Source: Mobula hypostoma (taxonomy: Eukaryota). From it: a stretch of DNA of 64,000 nt. The notes under the pieces were generated by a model. The model was not told the DNA's origin. It saw only the letters and a program-made list of their open reading frames with translations, and did not search any database. A program made the translations under genes and the position numbers. Below, in pieces: positions 24,408-38,089 of the stretch (its first letter is position 1; each line of letters starts with the position of its first letter). The DNA lies in contig NC_086100.1 of NCBI RefSeq assembly GCF_963921235.1, forward strand, positions 199,704,001 through 199,768,000, in the 5' to 3' direction.

Positions 24408-27400
24408 TGTCACCAGGTTTGGATCCAGCCCAAGTGCGGAGTGAGAGACTGAAATGGGTCGATAGTTTAATGTGAACGGTGTTAAAGGGAAAAGAAAACA
24501 ATACACACTCGTTCATACAGGGCCGTTGACTAAAACTCTCAAATGGTGAATAAGCCTGCATTGCAGCTGAAAAGAACAATTAAGAATAAAACGAATACCG
24601 CTAGTCTTCAGAGTCACGTGACACAACAGTCCAACTTCTCAGGCCAAATGCAAGCAGGCAGCGAAGCATTGCTGTGTCCAAGTCTCGACAAATACTCTGT
24701 CTGTCTGTCTGTATCTTGTTTTACGGCGGTTGGCATCCAGCTTAATGGTGCATTACCGCCACCCTCTGCTCCAGAATGTGCACTAGACATACATTCTAAA
24801 TCCCTTCACACACACCTACACTTCACCCTCCTAGTATCCTATTCCTAGTTTATTTGTCATATTCTATAAAAAACCCCTGTACCCCTTAAAAACGCTAAGA
24901 ATACCCGGACTTGTGCTCTCTCACCCATGCCCAGCAACCCTTTTAATGTGAATTCCTGCATCCCCAACTCCCTTAATTTATTTCTCATCATCTCTCTCTG
25001 TATCCCATACTTCCTGCAACTCAGAACTACATGTTCTGCTGACTCCTCTTCCTGACATTCCTCACACAATCCTGTCTGGTGTTTCCCTATCATTTCAATG
25101 TTTTGTTTAATGCACAGTGCCCCAGCCTTAACCTAGTCCACACAATTTCCTCTCTTCTGTTTCCATCACCTTCCCTAGTAACTGCAATACTCTTTTGTAT
25201 TTGATATAAATGCCTCCCTTTCCCCTCCCTGTCCCATCTTTCTTGCCACATTCGGTTGACTTTTTCCCAGATTACACACTTAACCTCTGCTTTACTGATA
25301 CTAATGTGCATTTCCACATTTTCTTTCTTTAACGCCCTCTTTGCCAACTCATCCACCCTCTCATTCCCCTTCACCCCTACATGTGCTGGAACCCATAGAA
25401 ATTTTACCTGACCTCCCTGATTTGCAATTCTTGTAACTAACTGAAGGGCTTCATAAAGTACATCTTGCCGACTGTTTGTGTGAAAAGACCTTAAACTTTC
25501 TAGAACTGAGGATGAATCTGAACATATCAATGCTTTGGATGGTCTGGCTTTCTGCACCCATTGCAACGCAACCAACACTGCCAGCATCTCCACTGTAAAC
25601 ACCCCTAACTTATTAGACGTTCTTCTGCTGATTCCAATTTCTTTTGCTGGTATTACCACCCCAAACCCTGTCACTCCTGTTTCAGGTTCCTTCGCACCAT
25701 CTGTATAAATGTGAGTATAATCACTATACTTTTCCATCACATGACAGTTAAATGCATTTACCAAATCTGTTTTATATCTTTCTTTCCTTTTTACCTCTAA
25801 CAAATGCCAGTCTATGTCAGGCCATACAAGCTTCCATGGAGCTACAACCGGATAAACTACTGAAGGACTTATCCTCAGATCAAATACTCCACATTCTTTC
25901 GCAATATCATTCCCTACCCGACTAAAGGTATCCCTCTGAAACCTCCCATTTTCCCAGCACTCCTGCAACACTCCTTTAGTAGGGTGAGAATCATTGTGCC
26001 CCTGCAAGCTAGCCCAGTAGTTTGCCATCAGTTGCATCCTTCTTAGTTCCAAAGGCATTATTCCCATTTCTACCTGTAGGGCTGACACTGGTGACGTTTT
26101 AAAAGCCCCACTGCACACTCTCAAGGCCTGACCCTGAATCACATCCAGTTTCCTTATAAGAGACCTAACTGCTGATCCATATACTATATTTCCATAATCC
26201 AATACAGATCTTACTAAAGCCACATACATTCTCTTCAAAGCTGAACAACTTGCTCCCCATTCCCTACCAGTCAAACATCTCATCACATTTATTACTTTTT
26301 TACATTTCTCCTCAACTTTCCTGATATGGTCTGCCCATGTTAATCGTGAATCAAATATAACTCCCAGAAATTTAAATGATGCAACCCTTTCTAATTCAAC
26401 CCCATACATCCTTAGCTTCTTCCCTACCTCAACCCTTTTCCTGGTAAAAAATACAGTTTGAGTTTTATCTACTGAAAATCTACATCCCCAATCATAACCC
26501 CACTCCATCACTTCATCAATTGCTTCTTGTAGTTTCCTGATTATATAGTCCATGTTCCTGCCTCTTTTCCACAAGGCCCCATCATCCGCAAACAGTGACC
26601 TACCTATATCCACTGGTACCTTTGTGAAGACATCATTGATCATAATCATGAAAAGTAATGGGCTAATCACACTACCTTGAGGTGTGCCATTTTCCACTAT
26701 GTACTGTTTTGATAATTCTGATCCAATCCGAACTTGAATTTTTCTACCAAACAAAAAATCTTTAATCCAATTAAAAACTCTCCCACCAACCGCCATCTTG
26801 TGCAGTTTAATTAATAATCCTTCCTTCCACATCATATCATAGGCTTTTTCAATGTCAAAGAACACTGCCACTACTGACTCTCTATTTGCCTGGGCCTTCC
26901 TTATTTCAGTCTCTAACATAATCACTGAGTCCATGGAATTCCTTCCCTTTCTAAAACCACTCTGATAACTTGCCAGCATTCCCCTTTTCTCAAGCTCATA
27001 TGATAACCTTTCTGTTATCATCCTTTCCATTATCTTACATATTCTTGATGTTAATGCAATTGGTCTGTAGCTAGTGGGTTTTGACAGATCCTTGCCAGGC
27101 TTCCTTATTGGAATTACTACTGCTTCTTTCCATGCACTTGGTAATCTTCCCTCCTCCCACACTCTGTTATAAAAATGCAGCAACTTCAAGAGCGCTCCTT
27201 CTCCTAGATTTTTTAGCATCACAGAGCATATCAGATCTTTCCCTGGGGAGGTTGGTCTCGATCTCTTTATTGCTCTCACCATTTCTGCTAATGTAAATGG
27301 ATCATCAATTATATCATCTGTTCCTTCCCTCCTGCTTAACACACCTGGGTGTTGGCTCATTATTCTTTCCCTCCTTCTCCCTTCTTCAGACAAATTTTCT

Positions 27401-30100
27401 GAACTGTGTATCAGTACAAATGACTTGGCCATGACCTCAACCTTATCCCTACTGGAGACTGCAGTTTCCTCCTCAGATATCATTACTGGATATTCCCATT
27501 CCCTTCTATCTCCTCCCATCCTCTTAATCATTCCCCATATCTCTCCCACAGGTGTTGTTCTTCCTACCTTGTCGCAAAACCTCCTCCAACTTGCCCTTTT
27601 AGCTTGACGTATAGTTCTTCTCACCACTGCCTGTGCTTTCTTATATTGAACCAAATGCTGCATATTATGGGTTCTTTTAACTAGCCTGAATGCTCTATTT
27701 CTGTTTTTTACAGCCTGACAACATTCCTCTGTCCACCATGGTACCAGTTTTCTATTCATCTTATTTTTACTCCTAGGTATAGACCCTTCTGCTGCCATGA
27801 TAATTGCTGAAGTCACCTGACTGTTTAATTCATCTACATTTCCAGAAATATCAATCTTTGTCAACCCTTCTTCACTCAACTTCTGGAACTTAGCTCAATC
27901 AGCTTTTTCAAACACCCACTTTGGGGTTCCGCCACCTGGTCTTACTTCAACTCTTTCACCCACTGAACACAAAACTGGGTAGTGATCACTGCCTACTGTT
28001 GAAGCAGTCCAAACTCCCCAGTTACTAATGCCAGCCAAGGTATTAGACACTAACGTAATATCTAACACTGACTCAGTTCCTGTTGTTATATCTATCCTTG
28101 TGCCGCTACCATCATTCATACACACCAAATCCCTTTCTTCCATCAAATCTTCAATTACCTTTCCATTTGGATCTGTAATCTGATCCCCCCATATTGTGCT
28201 ATGAGCATTGAAATCTGCACACCACACTACTTTATGTCTGCTTTGTCCTTGTATCTTTAATAGGCTGTCCAAATCCAACCTTTTACATGGATTGTAGTAG
28301 TTAATTATAACCACTCCCTCCCCTCTCTCCCACACTTCCACCACTATGTATTCCTGATCATCTCCTTTCTCCAGTACCCTATATGGTATACCTTGCTTGA
28401 TTAGCACAGCACAACCCCCTCCTCCCCCTAGATTTCTATCTTTCCTTATCATTGTATACCCATATACCACAAAGTCTAAAGTTGGTTTCAACCAAGTTTC
28501 CTGAATACACACTACATCCGGTTTTACAACCATTTCTTTAATAAAGTGCTTGAATTCCTGGCTATTGGCCAGTAAGCTCCTTGCATTCCATTGTAAAAGA
28601 ATCACCATAATTAGTATTAACCAACACATGACACTTCCTGGCTTGACTGATTACTGAGGTTCTCCCTCACTTCCTCCCATGTCAGTCCTACTAACCCTAA
28701 ATGGTTCACTGCTGCTTTTACCACCAGCTGAATTTTGTCACTTTTTGACTTTACCTCAGCAGTACTATTAATCACTCCTGCAATGAATGTTACTAGAGCC
28801 TTTTTGTCTACATAAATCCTGTCATTTGTTCTTTGTTGCATCTCTCGTATCCCTATTGCTCCCTGTTCATTAGGAGCATTATTCTGTTCTCTTGACATTC
28901 TTACAGCTTCTGCATAAGTGATCTTTCTTTTCACTCTTATTTCTTGAATTTTAGTCTCCCGTCTCACAACCTCACACCCACTATATGCAACATTATGAGC
29001 TCCTCCACAATTGCAGCATTTTGGTTGAACTCCTGTTCCGCACTTTCCATATTCATGATCACCCCCACATCTAGCACATCTCCTCTGCCTTTTATAGTTT
29101 TTAGCCACGTGTCCAAACCTTTGACAATTATAGCACCTCAATGGCTTTGGCACATACACCCTTACTGGGTAACTCATGAAACCCAGGAACACCTTCCTTG
29201 GCACTCTTTCTTCTTCAAATTCAATCAATACTGTTTCACTTTCCTTTTTCACTCCCTCCTTTGTTGTTTTCAGTCTTTGAACATTCATTACTTTCCCTCC
29301 TTTGATATTCCTCTTGATCTCCTCCATATTTATACTCACTGGTATCCCCGTGATCACTCCTTTACAACCACTGTTTTGTGCACCCACCCTCCCACCTTGC
29401 ATTTTCCTATCTCTTTTAGCTTGAGTGCTTTCTCAAGTTGTTCCTCATTCGCACATCTTACCAATAAGTTGCCATCATTAAGGACTTTTGCAAATACTAT
29501 TTCCCCTATCTTATTTGTCAGAGTTGTTGTTAGCACAAATGGGTTAATTTTCTTCATATGTCCCTGAGCCTTCTCATTAAACCTAATTATGACAACACCT
29601 CCTCTCTGAGCTTGTTCATCTTCCTCACTTTCAGAGCTTTCTCCACCATCATTTCTTATTCTTTTATTCCCTTTGTCTTGGTTTTTATTCATCCGACCCC
29701 TCACTACCTCCTCATTCCCTTTATTTCTCCCTTCACAATAATCCACCTCTCCCCAGCTGCCTACCTCCCAAGTCTCTATCCCTCTCCTTCTCCACTTTCT
29801 TTCCCTCAACCCCGCCTCTTATCTTCTCCGCCATTACCGGACCCACACGACCCCCTCCCAGCAATTTCCGTTCCTTCCCCACTCTCTTTCCCTCAACAGG
29901 TTCCAAAACACACTCACGCATCAAGCAAAACACAGCCAGCTTCCAGCAGCAGCCCACACTCCCCTCGAAGCCTTCTGCCAACTCGCCAACAAATACTCTG
30001 ACGGAATGAATGGAGTTAAATACGATCACAATGAAATAATAATTAGCTGACGCGTGCATATTGCCGTATCTGCTGTGCTGTCGAATCCGTGGTTGTGACA
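24408..30100. mobile_element. Solo LTR (~390 bp: 24408-24699 plus 30001-30100) split by the Nimb LINE
   Basis: Inverted termini TGTCAC...GTGACA; flanks CCCAC / CCCAT (near-perfect 5-bp TSD). Confidence 0.65.
24700..29988 (-). mobile_element. Full-length I-group (Nimb-like) LINE: ORF1 with CCHC knuckles; ORF2 with APE, RT, RNase H and a C-terminal zinc finger
   Basis: ORF1 CYNCQRFGH, CARCGGDH, CCNCGGAH. ORF2 LQWNARSL, SDHYP, FDIEKAYD, LFADD, IYTDG..WVPAHVGVKGNERVD. 12-bp TSD ACAAATACTCTG (24688-24699 and 29989-30000); (CAGA)n tail. Confidence 0.93.
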
Positions 30101-30878
30101 CCCATCCACATCTCTCCCCACCCCCTCCCTCCCACCTCTCTCCCCAGTGCCGACCCACCCACCTCACTCTCCCCACTCCCCACCCAACCCACTCTCCCCA
30201 CTTCCCTCCTCCCACCTCACTCTCCCCACTCCCCACACACCCACATCTACCTCCCCTCACCCCACCCAGCCAGCTCTCTCCCCACTCACACCCATACCTC
30301 TCTAATCATTCCTCACCCACCAACCTCACTCCCCTCTCCCCACTTCCCAGCCACCTACATCTATCTCTCCTATTCCCTCTCCCCACCCACCCACTTCTTT
30401 CCCCTCTCTCCACCCACCCACCCATCATTCTTTCCCCACTCATCATTCACCCATCCTTCTCTCCCCTCTCCCTACCCACCCACCTCTCTCCCCACCCAAG
30501 ACCAACTATGCTTCACCCGTCTACTGTGCTCATTTCTCTTCCCTCTTCCCCTCTACAACCCCCTAACTCAGCCATTCCTCTCGACCAACATCTGCCCCAC
30601 TGCCATTACACACCACACCCCAGCCCTCCCTGACCATGTCTTTATTTAATACTCCTATCCCCCTGTCTGCCCTCGTCTGTTCCCTGATTCAGTCCTCTCC
30701 ATCTCCAGCACTGACAAACTGTCACTGACTTGAATCACTATCTTTGCTTCTCTCTCTACAGATGCTGCCCGACCTGGTGAGTCTTTGCGGTATTTTCCAA
30801 TTTTACCTCAGATTTGCAGTGTCTGCAGTTTCCTTTCGATGCTGCTGTTAGCCAAATGTTCGTGGTGTGGGACACACA
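30101..30878 (-). repeat. Inverted copy of the array spacer and 'type B' unit tail
   Basis: 30550-30875 is the reverse complement of the block at 50248-50560, 56640-56950 and 60480-60790. Confidence 0.85.
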
Positions 30879-31299
30879 CAATGTACCCGTAATGGGTTCG
30901 GCCATGTCTATGGCTTTTTGTGGACCTTTCCATTCAGAGGTGTTCCCATACCAAGCCATAATTCAACCAGTCAATATACTCTCCACCGCAAATCAATGGA
31001 AGTGTATCAAAGTTTTATATGCCAGGCCAAAACTTCACAAACTACTAAGAGAGTACTGAGAGAGAGCACGAGAAGAGAGCTACCTTTTCAATCAGGTCCA
31101 CTCTCAAGATTCACAAGGCAGAACTTCATGGCAGTGTCTCAGAGTTGGACTGTAACTCATCACTGAGCGGGATTCATAAGACAGGGTGAATGAAAATAAT
31201 TCAAGCACAAGCGGAGTGGCCATTGTTGTGAGTGGGTCAGTGTTCAGAGTGGCTTTGGCTCATCAGGCTTGGGTGGGGTCAGCATCTGTTCAGTTGGAG

Positions 31300-31752
31300 G
31301 AGGCCATGTTAAGCATCATGGCCTCCTTCACCGTTGTGATGAGGCCACACTTGGGTTGGAGGACCAGCACTTTATATTCCATTTGGGTAGCCTCCAACCA
31401 GATGGCATGAACATCGACTTCCGGTAATGACCCCCAACTCCACCCTTCACCTTTTCCCATCCCCTATTCCCTCTCTCACTTTATCTCCTTGCTCACCCAT
31501 CACCCCTTTTTCTTTCTCCCATGGCCTTCAGTCTCTCTCACCTATCAACTTCCAAGCTCGTGACATCATCCCTCCCCCTCCAAGTTTTGCCTATCATCTG
31601 GTGTTTCTCTCTCCCCTCCGCACCTTTCTAATCTACTCCTCAGCTTTTTCACTTTAGTCCTGCCGGAGGGTTTCGGCCAGAAACATCAACTGTATGCTTT
31701 TCCATAGATGCTGCCTGGCCTGCTGTGTTCCTCCAGCATTTTGTGTGTATTG
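31300..31752 (+). mobile_element. Short Penelope-derived fragment
   Basis: GATGAGGCCACACTTGGGTTGGAGGA... matches the Penelope 3' region seen at 4600-5100. Confidence 0.7.
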
Positions 31753-31799
31753 CATCTGTTATGTTTCTCCTTTTCTTCTTAATTGTTCATTCCTCCTCT

Positions 31800-34640
31800 G
31801 TTAGGACACAGTAGTGCTGAGAGAATGGCTCCAGAGACAGTGGTTTGTTCTGTGTGTGAGATATGGGAGACCTCCATTCTCACAGAGAACCACATCTGTA
31901 CCAGGTGCACCGAGCTGCAGCTCCTCAGAAAATGTGTTGACGAATTGGAGCTACAGTTTGATGACCTTCAGCTCATACGGGAGAATGAGGAGGGGATAGG
32001 CAGGAGCTACAGGGAGGCAGTGACCCCTTTCCTGATTTTTATTAACAACCTGGATGTAGGGGTAGAAGGGTGGGTTGGCAAGTTTGCAGACGACACAAAG
32101 GTTGGTGGTGTTGTAGATAGTGTAGAGGATTGTCGAAGATTGCAGAGAGACATTGATAGGATGCAGAAGTGGGCTGAGAAGTGGCAGATGGATTTCAACC
32201 CGGAGAAGAGTGAGGTGGTACACTTTGGAAAGACAAACTCCAAGACAGAGTACAAAGTAAATGGCAGGATACTTGGTAGTGTGGAGGAGCAGAGGGATCT
32301 GGGGGTACATGTCCACAGATCCCTGAAAGTTGCCTCACAGGTGGATAGGGTAGTTAAGAAAGCTTATAGGGTGTTAGCTTTCATAAGTCAAGGGATAGAG
32401 TTTAAGAGTCACGATGTAATGATGCAGCTCTATAAAACTCTGGTAGGCCACACTTGGAGTACTGTTTCCCAGTTCTGGTCGCCTCACTATAGGAAGGATG
32501 TGGAAGCTTTGGAAAGGGTACAGAGGAGATTTACCAGGATGCTGCCTGGTTTAGAGAGAATGCATTATGATCAGAGATTAAGGGAGCTAGGGCTTTACTC
32601 TTTGGAGAGAAGGAGGATGAGAGGAGACATGATAGAGGTATACAAGATAATAAGAGGAATAGATAGAGTGGACAGCCAGCGCCTCTTCCCCAGGGCACCA
32701 CTGCTCAATACAAGAGGACATGGCTTTAAGGTAAGGGGTGGGAAGTTCAAGGGGGATATTAGAGGAAGGTTTTTTACTCAGAGAATGGTTGGTGCGTGGA
32801 ATGCACTGCCTGAGTCAGTGGTGGAGGCAGATACACCTGTGAAGTTTAAAAGACTACTAGACAGGTATATGGAGGAATTTAAGGTGGGGCTTATATGAGA
32901 GGCAGGGTTTGAGGGTCGGCACAACATTGTGGGCCGAAGGGCCTGTACTGTGCTGTACTATTCTATGGTCTAAGTTACAGGAAGCAGGTACCGGAGTGAC
33001 GGTCAGTAGAAGGAGGGAAAATATACGTTGTATCCAATGGAGAGGCAGGTAGGCAGAGGGGGTGGCTTGGCTGAGATGGTAAAAAAATCACATCATTAGA
33101 GGTGACGTAGGGTCAGAAATGTTGAATCGCTGTGGGTAGAGCTAAGGAACTGACGGTAAAAAGACTCTGAGAGGAGTTATATGCAGACCATCAAACAATA
33201 GTAAAAATATGGTTTACAAATTTCAATGTGAGGTACAGAATGCATGCCAAAAATGCAATGTTATGATCGTCATTGGGGATTTCAATATGCATGTAGATTG
33301 GGAAAATCAGGTTGATGCAGGATACCAAAAGGGGGAATTCCTAGAGTACATATGAGATGGCTTTTTAGCCAGCTCATGGTTGAGCCCACAAGGAGATAAG
33401 CTATTCTGGATTGGATGTTGTGCAATGAACCAGAATTGATTAGAAAGCTTAAGGCAAAGGAACCCTCAGGAGCCAGTGATCACAATATGACAGAATTCAC
33501 CTTGCGATTTGAGAAGGAGAAGCTAATGTTAGACGTATTAGTATTACTGAGGAGTAAAGGGAATTACAGAGGCATGAGAGAGGATATGGCCAAAATTAAA
33601 TGGGAAAAGGAACACTGGCAGGGTTGACGGCAGAGCAGCCATTGATGGAATATTTGGAAGCTTCAGGATTCCTTACCAAAGGATTCCTTCTAAAGGCAGG
33701 ATTATATAACCATGACTGACAAAAGAAGTCAAAACCAAAAATCAGTGGGAAGTTAGAGGATTGGGAAACTTTTAATAGTCAACTAAAAATAGTCGCAAAG
33801 AAGGAAAAGATGGAATATGAAGGTTAGCTAGCCAATAATGTTCAAGCTTCTTCAGATATATAAATAGTAAGAGAGAGGTGGGAGTAGATATCAGATTGCT
33901 GGAAAATGATGCTGGAAAGGGAGGGGGACAAGAAAATGGTGAATGAACTGAAGAACTATTTTGCATTTGTTTTCACTGTGGAAGACACTAGCAGTATGCT
34001 GGAAGTTCGAGTGTGTCAGGGGGCAGAAGTGTGTGATATTGCCATGTGTGATGTTATTAGGGAGAAGGTTCTTGGGAAACTGAAAGGTCCAGAGGTCGAT
34101 ATGTCACCAGGATCAGATGGCAGACTGCCCAGGATTCTGTAGCAGGTGTCTGAAGAAATTCTGGAGGCAATGGGAGTGATCTTTCAGAAATCAATTGATT
34201 CTGGCATGCTTCCAGAGGAATTGAACATTGCAAATATCATTCCATTCTTCAGGAAGGGAGCAAGGCTGAAAAACAGAAATTATAAGCTAGTTTGACTGAC
34301 CTCAGTAATTGAAAAGGCATTGCAATCATATGTTACGGATGTGGTTTTGGGGTACTTGAAGGCACATGATAAAATAGGCCATAGTCAGCTTGATTTCCTC
34401 AAGGGAAAGCCTTGCCTGACAAATCTGTTGGAATTCTTTGTCACACATGGCTGTGGAGGTCAAGTCATTGAGTATATTTAAAGTGGAGATTGATAGGTTC
34501 TTGATTAGTCAGGGCATGAAAGGTTACAGGAAGAAGGCAAGAGAATGAGGTTGACAGGGTTAATTAGCCATGGTGGAATGGTTTATCAGTTTCAATGGGC
34601 TGAATGGCCTAATTGTGCTAGTCTGTCTTAAGGTCTTGTG
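31800..34640 (+). mobile_element. Old CR1 (ORF1/EN/RT remnants) with a young CR1 3' copy inserted at ~32025-32970
   Basis: ORF 31783-32898 fuses a CR1 ORF1 zinc-finger start (CSVCEIWE..HICTRC) to an RT C-terminus (KFADDTK..FFTQRMVGAWNALP). Degraded EN/RT follows. Confidence 0.8.
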
Positions 34641-35159
34641 GTGTTAACACACACCAATCCTTACTGAGGGATCAGCATTGGAAAGGGTGAGCAGTCTCAA
34701 GTTCCTGGTTGTCAACGTCTCAGAGGATTTACCCTTGGCCTAACATATTGATGCAACTATGAGGAAAGCACGTTAGTACTATATTTCATTAGGAGTTTGA
34801 GGAGACTTGTTTTGTCTCCAAAGACTATTAGCAAATTTCGAAAGATGTCTGCAGAACATTCCGACTGGGTGTATCGCTACCTGGTATGGAGAGGCCAATG
34901 ACCAGGTTTGGAAAAAGCTGCAGAATGTTGTAAACTCACCATCTCCCACATGGGGACCAACCTCCCGCCATCGAGAACATCTTCAAAAGGTGATGATTCA
35001 AGAAGGAAGCATCCACCATTAAGGACCCTCACCATCCGGAACAAGACTTCTTCTCATTGCTACCATCAGGCAGGAGGTACAGGAGCCTGAAGATCTACAC
35101 TCAGTGTTTTAGGAACAGCTTCTTTCCCTCTCCATCAGATTTCTGAACGGTCCATGAGT

Positions 35160-37445
35160 CAGAATCAGGATTATTATCACTGTCATGTGTTGTGAACTTT
35201 GTTAACTTTGCAGCAGCAGTTCAATGTAGTCCATAATATAGAAAAAGAAGAAATAAATAATAAGTAAGCATATTAATTACAGTACATGTATATTGAATAG
35301 ATGAAAAATCATGCAAAAATGAAATAATATATATATTAAAAAAGTGAGGTAGTGTTCTCGGGCTCAATGTCCATTTAGAAATCAGCTGGCAGAGGGGAAG
35401 AAGCTGTTCCTGAATCACTGAGTGTGTGCCTTCAGGCTTCTGTATCTCCTACCTGATGGTAACAGTGAGAAAAGGGCATGCCCTGGGTGCTGGAGGTCCT
35501 TAATAATGGACTCTGCCTTTCTGAGACACCGCTCCCTGAAGATGTCTTGGGTACTTTGTAGGCTATTAGCCAAGATGAAGCTGACTAAATTTACAACCCT
35601 CTGCAGCTTCTTTCAGTCCTGTGCAATAGCACCACCCCACCCCTATACCAGACAGTAATGTAGTCTTTCACAGTGCTCTCCACGGTACATCTATAGAAGT
35701 TTCTGAGTGTATTTGTTGGCATACCAAATCTCTTCAAACTCCTAATGAAATATAGCTGCTGTCTTGCCTTCTTTATAGCTGCATCAATATGCTGGGACCA
35801 GGTTAGGTTCTCAGAGATCTTGACACCCAGGAACTTGAAATTGCTCACTCTCTTCACTTCTGAATCCTCAATGAGGATTGGTGTGTGTTCCTTCATCTTA
35901 CCCTTCCTGAAGTCCACAATCAGCTCTTCCGTCTTACTGAGGTTCAGTTCCAGGTTGTTGCTGCCGCACCATGCACTAGTTGGCATACGTCACTCCTGTG
36001 TGCCCTCTCCTCACCACCTGAGATACTACCAACGATGGTTGTATCATCAGCAAATTTATAGATAATATTTGAGCCATGCTTAGCCACACAGTCGTGAGTG
36101 TAGAGAGAGTAGAGCAGTGGGCTAAGCACACACCCCGGAGGTGCACCAGTGCTGATCGTCAGCGAGGAGATGTTCTCATCAATCTACACAGATTGTGGTC
36201 TTCCAGATAGGATCCAATTGCAGAATGAGGTAGAGAGGCCCAGGTTTTGTAACTTCTCAATCAGGATTGTGGGAATGATCGTATTAAATTCTGAACTACA
36301 GTCGATGAACAGCATGATGTAGGTGTTTGTGTTATCCAGGTGGTCTAAAGCTGTGTGAAGAGCCATTGAGATTGCATCTACTGTTGGCCTATTGTGGCGA
36401 TAGGCAAATTGCAATGGGTTCAGGTCCTTGCTGAGGCAGGAGTTCAGTCTAGTCATGAGCAACCTCTCAGAACATTTCATCACTGTAGATATGAGTGCTA
36501 CTGGGCGATAGTCATTAAGGCAGCTCACATTACTCTTCTTAGGCACTGGTATAATTGTTGCCTTTTTGAAGCAAGTGGGAACTTCCGCCCATAGCAGTGA
36601 GAGGTTGAAAATGTCCTTGAATACTTCCGCTAGTTGGTTGGCACAGATTTTCAGAGCCTTACCAGGTAATCCATCAGAACATCAAGCCTTGTGAGGGTTC
36701 ACCCTCTTTAGAGCCAGTCTAACATCGGCCTCTGAGACAGGGATCACAGGGTCATCAGGTGCAGCGGGGATTTTCACAGCTGTAGTTATATTCTCCCTTT
36801 CAAAGCGTGCACAGAAGTTCATCTGGTAGTGAAGCATTGCTGCCATTCACGCTATTGGGTTTCACTTTGTAGCAAGTAATGTCTTGCAAACCCTGCCAGA
36901 TTTGTTGTACATCCGATGTCACCTCCAACCTCGCTTGAAATTCTCTTGCCGTTGAAACAGCTCTCTGCAAATCATACCTGGTTTTCTGGTACAGACCTGG
37001 GTCGCCAGACTTGAATGCCACAGATCTAGTCTTCAGCAGATGACGTACCCCCAGTTCATCCATGACTTTTTGTTTGGGATTGTACAGTAAGTCTTTGTAG
37101 GTACACTCATCCACACAGGTTTTAATGAAGTCGGTAACAACTGCAGCATACTCATCCAGATTCAAAGATGAATCCCTGAATACAGTCCAGTCCACCAAAT
37201 GAAAACAGTCCTGTAGGCGCTCCTGTGCTTCCCTTGTCCAAACCTTCTTGGTCCTCACTGCTGTTGTTCAGTCTTCAGTCTCTGCCTGTACTCGGGGAGT
37301 AGAAGTACAGCCAGGTGATCAGACTTCCCGAAGTGAGGGTGTGGAATAGCACGGTAAGCATTCTTGATGGTGGTGAAACAATGGTCCAGTGTGTTGTTTC
37401 TTCTGGTATTGTAAGTCATCTGATGATGGTAATTGCTTAGTGATT
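35160..37445 (-). mobile_element. Rex1/Babar-like LINE, degraded EN-RT
   Basis: [60 protein letters not shown] in broken ORFs. Confidence 0.85.
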
Positions 37446-37451
37446 TTTTCG

Positions 37452-38087
37452 TTTATTGTCATTTAAAAATGCATGCATTAAAAAATGATACAACATTCCT
37501 CCAGAATGATATCACAAAAAAACACAGGACAAACCAAGACTAAAACTGACAAAACCACATAATTATAACATATAGTTCCAACAGTTCAAAACAATACCAT
37601 AATTTGATAAAGAGTAGACCTTAGGCACAGAAAAAAAAAAGTCTCAAAGTCCTGATAGACTCATCATCCCATGCAGGCAGCAGAAGGGAGGAACTCTCCC
37701 TGCCATGACGCTCCAAGCGCTGACAATTCGCCAATGCAGCGCCATTAGAAGCACCCGACCGCAGCGGACTCTGAGTCTGTCCGAAAACTACAAGCCTCCG
37801 ACACAGCCCCTCCAAGCTCCATTCTCTGCTGAGTGTTTCGACCCTGCCCCGGCCGCTGAGCAGCAAGCAAAGCCGAGGACTCGGGGCCTTTTCCTCGGGA
37901 GATTCTGGGCTGCACAGTAGCAGCAGCAGCGAAGCAGACATTTCGGAAGTTTCTCCAGATGTTCCTCCGTGCTCTCACGTCTGTCTCCATCAACTCAGGA
38001 TTGAGCACGGCACCCTACTTGACAAATAACAGACATCAACACTGGAGTGGCCACTGCGAGCTGTGTCGCACCGCCATCTTCCGCCTT
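37452..38087 (-). mobile_element. Non-autonomous SINE-like element with a LINE-type 3' tail (second copy at 57706-58207)
   Basis: Two similar copies; minus-strand 5' end AAGATGGCG and 3' end AATGACAATAAA. Confidence 0.6.
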
Positions 38088-38089
38088 CC

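Noticed and set aside
22297..24579. Long Pro/Ser/His- or Gly/Glu/Arg-rich ORFs (also at 30.0-30.6 kb and 50-64 kb)
   Set aside because: Artefacts of low-complexity C-rich or G-rich sequence that lacks stop codons.
31783..32898. 371-aa zinc-finger plus RT ORF as a novel fusion gene
   Set aside because: Chance in-frame junction of a young CR1 3' fragment inserted into an older CR1 ORF1, with local frameshift scars.
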